From Longimicrobiales bacterium (GTDB lineage: Bacteria > Gemmatimonadota > Gemmatimonadetes > Longimicrobiales > Gaopeijiaceae), in NCBI GenBank assembly GCA_963664435.2, contig CAXXKM010000002.1, positions 800,001 to 864,000 of the forward strand: a DNA stretch of 64,000 nt, in the 5' to 3' direction. A program made the translations under genes and the position numbers. This document shows, in pieces, positions 51,657 to 60,234 of this stretch. The notes beneath the pieces are model-generated. The model did not search any database, had not been told where the DNA came from, and saw only the letters and a program-made list of their open reading frames with translations. Positions within the stretch are counted from its first letter, which is position 1, and every line of letters starts with the position of its first letter.

Positions 51657-52658
51657 TCATCCGTGAACGCTCCCCGCCGGGCTGGGCGTCGGGAAGGCCG
51701 GGCAGGAGTATTCCCGCGGCGGGTGCGCCGTCCAAGTGCGGTCCTGCTGCACCAGGGCGTTGGCGAGGATGAGGAGCTTCCGCATCACGGCCGTCAGGGC
51801 GACCTTGGGCGGCTTGCCCCGAGCCACGAGCGCTTCGTACTTGCGCCCGAGGTCGGGATTGTGCTGGACCGCAGCCACTGCGGGCATGTACAGCAACTGG
51901 CGCACCCGGCGCCTGCCGCCCTGGATGAAGCTGCGTCCCTTCCAGTGTCCGGACTCCCGGGTGACCGGGGCCAGTCCGGCGAGGCTGGCGGCGCGGGGGC
52001 CGGTGAGGGTGCCGAGCTCCGGCAAGTGGACGATCAGTCCCGCGGCGGTGATGTCCGAGATGCCCGGGATCGAGGTCAGGATCTCGGCCCGGCGCTCCAG
52101 CGCCTTCTCCTCCTCCACCCGTTGCCGGATCTCTGCGTCGATGAGCTTCAGCTGGCGCTCGATCTGCCTCAGCCTCTGCCTGGTGACCCGCTTGCCCACG
52201 GGAGTGCGCAAGTGCCTGCCGCGGTTGGAGGTGGCGGTCCGGTCCTTGCGCAGCGCGTCGCGGATCTGCTGGAGCTCGGCAAGGTCGCGCTGCCCCTCGG
52301 ACTTCGCCTGCGCCGGGCGTAGGTCTTCGATGGCCGACGCCATGATGGCCAGCATCCGGGCGTCCACGGCATCGGTCTTGGCTCGCTGGCCGAGGGACCG
52401 GGCGAAGGACCGGACTTGGAAGGGGTTGATCGCATACATGGGGAGTCCGGCCTTCAGGAGGGTGTCCTCGAGGTCGCGGTGGAAGGCTCCGGAGGGTTCG
52501 TACGCGATCCGGTCGATCCCGGAGCCGATCCAAGCGATCAGTTTCCGGAAGCCGGCCCTGTCGTTCGAGAACCGGGACGCTCTCCCCTCGGGCGCCGCGA
52601 AGGCGTCGAGCCAGTCCTTGGAGATGTCGATCCCGACGGTGCGACGGCTGGTGCTCAT
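51657..52658 (-). CDS. IS110-family DEDD recombinase
   Basis: GIDISK, YEPSG, AKTDAVDA, SIPGI, GLAP..RESG..GGR. Confidence 0.95.
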   Translation of the reverse strand: MSTSRRTVGIDISKDWLDAFAAPEGRASRFSNDRAGFRKLIAWIGSGIDRIAYEPSGAFHRDLEDTLLKAGLPMYAINPFQVRSFARSLGQRAKTDAVDARMLAIMASAIEDLRPAQAKSEGQRDLAELQQIRDALRKDRTATSNRGRHLRTPVGKRVTRQRLRQIERQLKLIDAEIRQRVEEEKALERRAEILTSIPGISDITAAGLIVHLPELGTLTGPRAASLAGLAPVTRESGHWKGRSFIQGGRRRVRQLLYMPAVAAVQHNPDLGRKYEALVARGKPPKVALTAVMRKLLILANALVQQDRTWTAHPPREYSCPAFPTPSPAGSVHG

Positions 52659-52669
52659 GTGCTTTCCCT

Positions 52670-52890
52670 TTCTCCTGTGCTTGTCGTGCGAGCCTCGATG
52701 CTCAAGTATCCATTCAGGACGTGGGAAAGACGGTGGCGACCAAACTCCCGTACGGCCCTTGCGGCCAGCGACCCGACGGCCCGACCACCGTCTGTGCTGG
52801 ATGCCCGCTCCGGCTCGCTCCGCTCGCCTCTGCGGGCATCCAGCACACCGGGCCATCCCCGTGACCCGGACCTGCAAATCAAGCAGGGAT
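52670..52890 (-). ncRNA. IS110 bridge RNA (5' hairpin, target-binding loop, donor-binding loop); ends approximate
   Basis: Guides at 52767-52775, 52745-52751, 52705-52713 and 52680-52685 inside stems. Confidence 0.82.
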
Positions 52891-53080
52891 CTCCAAGAAT
52901 GGAAGAGACAAGCGACCCGGGGCGGAGCGTGTCGGGATGTGTGCATCCCAACCTCTAGCCAGGCTCGAGCTGGACCCTCTCTGCCTCGGTCGGGGCCTTG
53001 GCAAGCCGGGGTGTGCGAGCACTAATCACGCCCGTGGATCCGCCACACGCGGCCGATGGACCGACAAGGAGGCTGTCGGA

Positions 53081-53989
53081 TTGACTAGCCACGAACGCGA
53101 CAACGCAAACAGGATCGGAAGGGCTAAGCGATGGGCTGGGCTGGCAATCGCCGTAGGTTCACGGCTCGCGGCCGTGCCCCGCTCCCTGGCCCAGATGCCC
53201 AATGAAGTCTGGCAGAAGCTGGCATCGCGCGGGACCACGATCAGTCCGGACGCCCTCTACGATCTCATCCCCGCGGGCGTAAAGACGGGGACCGACGATG
53301 TGCTGGCCTTCCTCGGGAAACGCGATCTCAGTCACATCAAGTCCAAGCACCGCCGACCAGATCTCGCGAACGACCCCACGAACGTTCTGTTCGAGAAGCG
53401 GTGGTGGAACCGCCGCCGCGGATCGCGGAACATGAAGCGGTGGGAAGTGACCCGCGCCCGGCTGGACAACTTCGCCGAGGGAGTGGTCAAGGGCGCGCGC
53501 GCCACTACAGTGGCAGCGGCCAAGGGGGCGATCCTGGGGGCTCTGATGGAATTGCCTGTGTCAGCCGCCGAGAATCTTGTTCTGGTTCGGGGCAGGGGTA
53601 AGAGCAGGAAGGAGGCGTGGACGGATGTAGCGCGCGACGTTGGCAGGAGTGCCGTGACCGGCGCGGCGGGAACCGTCGTGGCCACCGGAATCGCCATGAT
53701 CGGTGTTCCAATGGCTCCAGCAGTAGCGGTTCCGATTGCCGTGGTCGGGAGCACGCTCTACACATGGTCGGCAGCGGAACGGGTATGGAAGGCGCGAGCC
53801 AGGGTGGGATCGGCAGATCCGCCAGTGTTGGCTCGAGGATTTGATCCCGACTCTGCGCCGGACCTCTCGACGGACGGCTGGCCGGAGAAGTTTGCTAAAG
53901 CCCCCGTGCTTCGGGGGCTACCCTCCGATGGCGCGACCGAGAATATCTTTCCCCATCCGGTTGTCCCAGCGAGATACGGAGAACGGTGA
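53081..53989 (+). CDS. Hypothetical protein: HNH/His-Me-like motif plus C-terminal membrane helices
   Basis: RBS ggagg + TTG; DLSHIKS..DPTNVLFE..N..RG. Confidence 0.6.
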   Translation: MTSHERDNANRIGRAKRWAGLAIAVGSRLAAVPRSLAQMPNEVWQKLASRGTTISPDALYDLIPAGVKTGTDDVLAFLGKRDLSHIKSKHRRPDLANDPTNVLFEKRWWNRRRGSRNMKRWEVTRARLDNFAEGVVKGARATTVAAAKGAILGALMELPVSAAENLVLVRGRGKSRKEAWTDVARDVGRSAVTGAAGTVVATGIAMIGVPMAPAVAVPIAVVGSTLYTWSAAERVWKARARVGSADPPVLARGFDPDSAPDLSTDGWPEKFAKAPVLRGLPSDGATENIFPHPVVPARYGER

Positions 53990-55272
53990 CCCCCAACGAA
54001 TTCATTGCGAAGTGGCACGCCTCGGAGCTGAAGGAGCGCTCCGCAGCGCAGGAGCACTTCATCGACTTGTGCCGCCTGCTCGACGAACCCACGCCAGCGG
54101 AGGCCGACCCGAAGGGCGACCACTACTGCTTCGAGCGCGGAGCGCTCAAGGACTCCGGCGGGGGAGGCTGGGCGGACGTCTGGAAGCGCCACTGCTTCGC
54201 CTGGGAGTACAAGGGGAAGCACGCGGATCTCGATGCCGCGTTCGATCAGTTGAGGCAGTACGCGCTCGCACTGGAGAACCCGCCGCTGCTGATCGTCTCC
54301 GACATGCGCCGGTTCCGGGTCCGGACGAACTGGACGAACTCCGTGAGCAAGACACACGAGTTTGGACTGGACGATCTCGCGGACGCTGCCGTCCGAGACA
54401 AGCTCAAGTGGGCGATGTCCGATCCCGAGCGGCTGCGGCCGGGGGAAACCCGGCAGACGCTCACGGAACGAGCCGCCGAGACCTTCGCGCAGCTCGCACA
54501 GTCGCTCCGAGTCCAGGGCCACGCCCCGCAGGAGGTGGCACACTTTGTCAACCGCCTCGTGTTCTGCATGTTCGCCGAGGACGTGGGTCTGCTCCCCAAC
54601 GCCATGTTCACTCGCATGCTCGAACACGCGCGTCAGCAGCCCGATGCGTTCGCGACGCTGGCGCGCGATCTGTTCGGGGCGATGTCCGTTGGTGGCCGGG
54701 TAGGGTTCGAGACCGTGGAATGGTTCAACGGCGGGCTCTTCGAGGATGACACGACCCTCCCCATGGACAAGGCCCAGATCGAGACGACCCTGAAAGCGTC
54801 CGGACTCGACTGGTCCAACATCGACCCCTCGATCCTGGGGACGCTGTTCGAGCGGGGCCTCGACCCCGACAAGCGCTCTCAGCTCGGGGCGCACTACACG
54901 GACCGGGACAAGATCATGCGGATCATCGACCCGGTGATCGTTCGTCCCTTGCTGGCCGAGTGGGAGACCGTGAAGGCGCGGATTGGAAAGAGCATCGAGC
55001 GCGCGAACGCGGCCAAGTCAAAGGGCGTGGAGACGCGCCACCGCAACCAAGCGGAGAATTCGCTCGGTGCGTTCCTGGAGCGGCTGCGGAAGTTTGCCGT
55101 GCTCGACCCGGCCTGCGGGTCCGGCAACTTTCTCTACCTGGCGCTCCACACCCTCCACGATCTGGAACACCGAGTGCAGCTCGAAGCTGAGGCGATGGGG
55201 CTCCAGCGCGGCTTCCCTTCGGTCGGTCCCGCGAACGTAAAGGGCATCGAGTTGAACGCCTACGCGACATGA
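53986..55272 (+). pseudogene. MmeI-like type IIG/IIL restriction-methyltransferase, interrupted by IME-4
   Basis: ADVWKR..EYK, FNGGLF, ILGTLFERGLD, GAHYT, VLDPACGSGNFL; stops abruptly at GIELNAYA with no NPPF or TRD. Confidence 0.88.
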
Positions 55273-55362
55273 GCACTTTGAGTCACATATCGTTGTGAGC
55301 GTGTAGCTTACGGGATTCGGGGGTCAGATTCCCGCTGATTGACTCCCGCCGATTGGTTTGGG

Positions 55363-56523
55363 TCAGGCGCGGACCCTCGGGCGACTGTCCAGAGCCTTCC
55401 TGAGTTGTCCGGCGTCGGCCTGCTGGTAACAGCGCAGCACCGTCTGGGCCTCCTTCCAGCCGCCCAACTCGCACAGCACCTTGAGCGGAAGGTCCATGAG
55501 ATCCGACGCGAACTTCCGCCTCAGCGAGTGCCAGCCTCTCCCTCGCTCGTGCTCCAGTCCCGCGAGCCGCTCGGCCTTATGCCACCAAGAGACTGCCCGC
55601 CCCCGGCTGATGCTCGATGATGGGTCCTGCGGCGCGGGCAGCACCAACGTCTCCCCGTTCCCGGGGTTCGCTTCCCGCGCCTCCTCCAGTACCGCGACCG
55701 CCTCATCGGTCATCGGCGTGACGTGCTCGTAGCCGGTCTTCTCGTGCTCGGCGCGCCACCGCACCTCGCGACCCTCGAAATCGATGTCCCCCCAACGAAG
55801 GTTGCGGATGGCCCCGATTCGGTGGCCGGTCTCATGGGCGAGCACGAACGCGACGTGGAACCTCCAATCGACCCGCCGGGATATCCCGAGCATCGCCTGG
55901 TACTCCTCCTCGGAGAGAACGACCCGGGTGGGGTTCTTCTCCTTGGGCGTCCTCAGGCCTCTGAGCGGGTTCGAGTCGAGCAGGAGTCTCCCCTCCTCGT
56001 CTCTGGATTTCGTTGCCCAGTTGAGCACCGCGAGCAGGAACTTCAGGTCCAACTCGATGGTGCGGTTGCCCACAGGCTTCCCGCTCGGTCCGATCCTGCC
56101 CGCCCGGCGCTCCCGGATGAAGCGGTCCCAATCGCGCTGGGACAGGGTCTCGGGCCTTCGGTCCCGCCCGAGGAAGTCGAGGAACATCCTTGTCCCGATT
56201 CTGTCCCGGTGCCGGACCCGCTCCGTCTTGGTGGGCGTCACCTCCTCACCGTAGATGTCAAAGAGCATCTCCAGCGTGAGCGGCTCGGGCTCGGCTTCCG
56301 CCTTGCCTTGGGTCGCGGGTCGAGCGAACCCGGCGGCGAACTCGTCAGCCTGCCGCTTCGCTTTCACCCAATCGCAATGCCCCAGCGACCGGGTGAGCCT
56401 TCGCCCGTTCTCGCGCCACTCAATCTGGAAGAGGCCGGTTTTCGGATCCGGAAAAACCCGGACCCGGTTCCGGCCCCACTCGCCGGCGCCGTAGCTCCGG
56501 CGGCTTCGTTTCGTGCGTGCCAT
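55363..56523 (-). CDS. Tyrosine recombinase/integrase (Int-4)
   Basis: Same catalytic motifs as Int-1. Confidence 0.93.
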   Translation of the reverse strand: MARTKRSRRSYGAGEWGRNRVRVFPDPKTGLFQIEWRENGRRLTRSLGHCDWVKAKRQADEFAAGFARPATQGKAEAEPEPLTLEMLFDIYGEEVTPTKTERVRHRDRIGTRMFLDFLGRDRRPETLSQRDWDRFIRERRAGRIGPSGKPVGNRTIELDLKFLLAVLNWATKSRDEEGRLLLDSNPLRGLRTPKEKNPTRVVLSEEEYQAMLGISRRVDWRFHVAFVLAHETGHRIGAIRNLRWGDIDFEGREVRWRAEHEKTGYEHVTPMTDEAVAVLEEAREANPGNGETLVLPAPQDPSSSISRGRAVSWWHKAERLAGLEHERGRGWHSLRRKFASDLMDLPLKVLCELGGWKEAQTVLRCYQQADAGQLRKALDSRPRVRA

Positions 56524-56669
56524 CGTTCGATACCTCCGATTCGATGGACTGCACGATCTGCGCGTTTGAAACCTCGCGCAGGGCTCGTCCGTCGTCCAGA
56601 GTTGGCGGTCCGGCCGGCTCTGGCGCGGGCGCGCCACGGGGGCGCTGGTTTCTGCGGTGTGTGGAGGAG

Positions 56670-56702
56670 CCAGATGTGTTTTCGCTTCACGAAAACCTCT
56701 GG
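56670..56702 (-). other. oriT-like hairpin of IME-4
   Basis: CCAGA..GTTTTCG-cttca-CGAAAAC..TCTGG; minus strand CATCTGG^CT upstream of mobC. Confidence 0.7.
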
Positions 56703-56764
56703 CCGAGGGATGCCCCCGGACCCCCGAACAACATTCCGTGCGCCACCAAAGGAGGCCGCCCGAC

Positions 56765-57109
56765 ATGGCTCGTCCCCGGAAGCGCGACGCCGAGCGCAGG
56801 ACCCGCACGATCGGCGTGCGCGTCACAACCGCGGAAGCCGCCGAGATCGCCGAGCGGGCCGGAGCGGCCCGCATGACGAGGGGCGGCTACATGCGCCGCA
56901 GGGCGCTGGGGCAGCCGGTCCGCGAGGCAGCCGTTCACCGTCTCGGCGCTCGGGAGCGGGTCGAACTCCACCGGATCGGCGTCAATCTCAACCAGATCGC
57001 CCGCGCTCTGAACTCCGGGGCTTCTGCGCCGCCGGGGACTCTGGAGGCGGTCGAGCGGGTGGGCGAGCTTGCGGCCGATCTCCTGAGCGGCGAGGCGCTG
57101 GACCGATGA
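56765..57109 (+). CDS. mobC: MobC relaxosome protein
   Basis: RBS aaggagg; ELHRIGVNLNQIARALN. Confidence 0.9.
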   Translation: MARPRKRDAERRTRTIGVRVTTAEAAEIAERAGAARMTRGGYMRRRALGQPVREAAVHRLGARERVELHRIGVNLNQIARALNSGASAPPGTLEAVERVGELAADLLSGEALDR

Positions 57110-58308
57110 TCCCGAAGATCAACAGTCTGGGGCGCTCGTTCGCCGGTGCCGCGGCGTACTGTCTGCACGATTCCCCGACGCCGGACGACCGGAGTCCGGA
57201 GACCTCGGAGCGGGTTGCGTGGGCCGACACCCGCAACCTCGCGACGTTTCGGCCGGAGCGCGCCGCGCGGCTGATGGCCGCGACCGCGAAGGCGGCCCCC
57301 GACCTCAAGCGGCTGGCGGGGGCGGCGAGAGGGGGGCGCAAGCTGGCGAAGCCGGTGCTGCACTACTCGCTCAGCTGGGCGCAGGACGAGACGCCGGACA
57401 AGCGGGAGATGAGCCGCGCGGTGGACGAGAGCCTGGAGGCGCTCGGGCTGGAGGGCCACGAGGCGCTGGTCGTCGCACACGACGACACTCGGCACCCGCA
57501 TGTCCACGTGGTCGCCAACAGGGTCGATCCGGAGACCGGGAAGGCGGCGAAGCTGGGCAACAGCAAGCTCCGGCTGTCGCGCTGGGCCGAGGGCTACGAG
57601 CGGGAGCAGGGCCGGATCCGCTGCGAGGAGCGGGTCAGGAACAACGAGCGGCGGCGGGCGGGCCAAGAGGTGGTTCGAGGTCCGTCGAACCGGCCGCGCC
57701 ACTGGGCGCGCGTCCGCCGCGAGGGGTTGCAGCCCGGGCGGGCGAGGCGGGCGAGGAAGCCGCGCCGCGAGGATCAAGTCGACATGGAGGCATGGCGGCA
57801 TGCCGAGGCGGAGGCTTGGGAGACGGTCGCAGACGGGCGCGAGAGGGGCCTCCAGCACCTAGAGAGCCGGGCGCGCAAGGAATGGGCCGAACTGCACAAG
57901 CGGCAGGAGGAGATGCGGCAGAGGCTCGACCGGGAGAGCCGGACCGTGCTCGGGCGGCTCCGGATCTGGCGGCTCGAGCGCTCGCTCAGGGAACTGGTCG
58001 GTGCGGTCCGGGGCCGGGAGGATCTGGTCGAAGGCTGGCGCGAGGATCTCGCCCGGTACCACAGGGACGAGCGGGCCGAGTTAGGCAAGGCACACGGCGA
58101 GAGAGCCCGGGAGGTCGAGCGCCGTTCGCGCAAGTTCTATCGAAGCAGGCTGGTGGACGCGGAGCGGAACGCATGGGCGGTGCGGGAGAGGATGAGGGAG
58201 CGCCAGGAAACGAGGGAGCGGGAGTGCGGCCCGAGCATCGTCATCACCGTTCCCCGGCCGCCCCGGCCCCGAGGCCCCGAGCGTGGCGGTGGAGGGTTCG
58301 AGCGATGA
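57106..58308 (+). CDS. MOB_P-type (VirD2/MobA-like) relaxase
   Basis: GRSF..AAYCLHD, VLHYSLSW, HDDTRHPHVHVVANRV. Confidence 0.9.
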   Translation: MIPKINSLGRSFAGAAAYCLHDSPTPDDRSPETSERVAWADTRNLATFRPERAARLMAATAKAAPDLKRLAGAARGGRKLAKPVLHYSLSWAQDETPDKREMSRAVDESLEALGLEGHEALVVAHDDTRHPHVHVVANRVDPETGKAAKLGNSKLRLSRWAEGYEREQGRIRCEERVRNNERRRAGQEVVRGPSNRPRHWARVRREGLQPGRARRARKPRREDQVDMEAWRHAEAEAWETVADGRERGLQHLESRARKEWAELHKRQEEMRQRLDRESRTVLGRLRIWRLERSLRELVGAVRGREDLVEGWREDLARYHRDERAELGKAHGERAREVERRSRKFYRSRLVDAERNAWAVRERMRERQETRERECGPSIVITVPRPPRPRGPERGGGGFER

Positions 58309-58709
58309 CTCTTGGCTCCTCGTTCATCGCCAAGTGAGTCGTTCCAGAACGGCCGAATCCAGAGCGGTCTTGGCGCATGTCTTAGGGGCTCTGGGGGTCG
58401 CCCACGATCGACGATCGCCGACCTCCGAAGGGTGCGCGGGTCGGTAGAGTAGGGCTCCAGCACAGCCTCGACGAGGAACCGAGGGGATCCCGAAGCGGAC
58501 CCCGATGGCTGCCGGGCTCTCGCCCTGAGCTAGCGCCATCCTCGCCCGGTCTTTCGCGACGAGATCGTCGAAGCCCGAGACTGCCTCGATGGCATGGATG
58601 GTCGGAGCACGGTAAAATATGGTTTAGTGTTCCGTTCCCCCTGACTCCCGGTTCCCCCCGCTCCGAGCGGTTGACCGCGAGCCCATGTCATGCACGTTGG
58701 AGGGTTCCC

Positions 58710-59093
58710 TTGCGCCGAGCCATTGATTCTCACACGAAGTACCTGGAACGGGTTGAACAACTGATCCCGACAAAGGTCGTCGGGGGGCACTTGGCCATCC
58801 AGGGATTGGTCTACAACCAAATCACGATGCGGGACCTTGCCATCGAGATCTCGGCCGGAGTGTTCCTCATTGCTCTCTTTTTCTATCTCCGACATGTGGG
58901 AGCGACGTGGAAGCGGATCGCCCTGACGATAGGGAGCTTCGTGGCGTGGGTTCTCGCAGTCAGCCTCCCCGTCCACCAGAGACTCGGAATCGACCCGCTT
59001 TGGGGATCGATCATCCTGATCCTGTGGTCTGCAGCGACTGGCCTTCTTGATGCGGACGATATGGCAGCAAGCGGGGGCACCCAAGGAGGGTGA
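58710..59093 (+). CDS. Hypothetical 4-TM membrane protein (copy 2)
   Basis: Paralog of 18765-19190. Confidence 0.7.
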   Translation: MRRAIDSHTKYLERVEQLIPTKVVGGHLAIQGLVYNQITMRDLAIEISAGVFLIALFFYLRHVGATWKRIALTIGSFVAWVLAVSLPVHQRLGIDPLWGSIILILWSAATGLLDADDMAASGGTQGG

Positions 59094-59097
59094 CGGG

Positions 59098-59883
59098 ATG
59101 ATGCGCATCTGGCTGTCCCTCGTGGCGGCGGTGGTTCTGCTAGCCCCCCCAGCTCGGGCGCAGGATTTTCTGGAGCCCGACCGAATCACTAACCGCACGC
59201 GATTCTACGCTTCCCCGCTCGGAACTCTGGCTTTCCTTCCGCAAGTCACGAGGTCTGAGAACGCCAAGTACGCTGGTCAATGGGATTTGCTCGTCGAGAG
59301 CGGACGGTACAGGATTGCCCCAAGCGGTCAGTATTGCTTTGTCCTGAACCACCGGGATCGCGCCCAGGAGGGGAGACCTTCATATGTCGTCATCGGAGCC
59401 ATTTCCGTCCTCCCTTCTGGAACTCGACCGGCGCGCCCCACTTCGATGTTCAGGAATCCGGGATGGTCACGAAGTGATGACCCGGAATACTCTCGCGAGA
59501 ACGGTTTGCCGAAGCACGTATCACTAACGCTGGAGACGTTCGTCGGAGCGCATGATCGGAGTGAGCTTGAGGAGAACGACCGGCTCTTGACTCACCGTTG
59601 GCATGGTGATTTTGGCGGTGGGGAGTCGTGGGTGGATCGCGATTTGTGGGTCGAAGCGGCTTCGGTCGAGCCAGAGGTGATTGCCGGCTTGGCGGGAGAC
59701 GAAGGACGACCCGATTTGCGATTCGACGCCAAACTCCTCCGGTTTACCTTCACGGCGAAACGCAATTCCGATCAGCCCGTTGCATTCTGCATGGAAGGTG
59801 ATCGCCGAATCGCCACCATCGTGACGGTGTTCAGCCCGCACTTCCACGTGGCGGAGAGACGGTTCGAGCTGGTCTTCCGGTAA
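59098..59883 (+). CDS. Hypothetical secreted protein (copy 2)
   Basis: Paralog of 19187-19975. Confidence 0.8.
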   Translation: MMRIWLSLVAAVVLLAPPARAQDFLEPDRITNRTRFYASPLGTLAFLPQVTRSENAKYAGQWDLLVESGRYRIAPSGQYCFVLNHRDRAQEGRPSYVVIGAISVLPSGTRPARPTSMFRNPGWSRSDDPEYSRENGLPKHVSLTLETFVGAHDRSELEENDRLLTHRWHGDFGGGESWVDRDLWVEAASVEPEVIAGLAGDEGRPDLRFDAKLLRFTFTAKRNSDQPVAFCMEGDRRIATIVTVFSPHFHVAERRFELVFR

Positions 59884-60234
59884 ACAATCACGCTCGGGGT
59901 GGGGTCTTGCGGTTAGGGCGTTCGCGAGGCGCTCCGTTCACCCCGTTGCGCGGATGGTGGATCGATTCGCTGGCCTCCTGTCCGAGAGGCGGCGCGAGAC
60001 GCTGCCGCGCCTGCCGATACGGACCTGGGCTGGAAGTTTGCCGAGGCGAGTGCCTCGGCCCTTGATCGTTCCCCAGCCCGCATCCCAGCGAGCGCGGGCC
60101 AGCAAGGTCGCGGGTCTGCCCACGCTTCCCCTACCTTACCCGTTCAAGTTCGAAAAAGTCGGATACTGAACACGCTGACCGTCCGGGGACCGGTCGGCCC
60201 CACAATCACCCGGAAGGCATACCCGCCAGACCTC

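Larger units (their letters stand above)
51557..52912 (-). mobile_element. IS110-family element with CT core at both junctions
   Basis: AG (CT on the coding strand) at 51557-51558 and 52911-52912; junction sequences match the bridge RNA guides. Confidence 0.88.

Noticed and set aside
52913..52958. Alternative IS110 left end at 52957-52958 (CT-agaggttgggatg)
   Set aside because: The guide matches and the 17-bp junction promoter fit only the 52911-52912 core. This stretch is flank or a remnant of another element.
56517..56876. Conserved peptide MD(C/R)TICA.. upstream of integrases
   Set aside because: Similarity is confined to the DNA box and frames diverge right after it.
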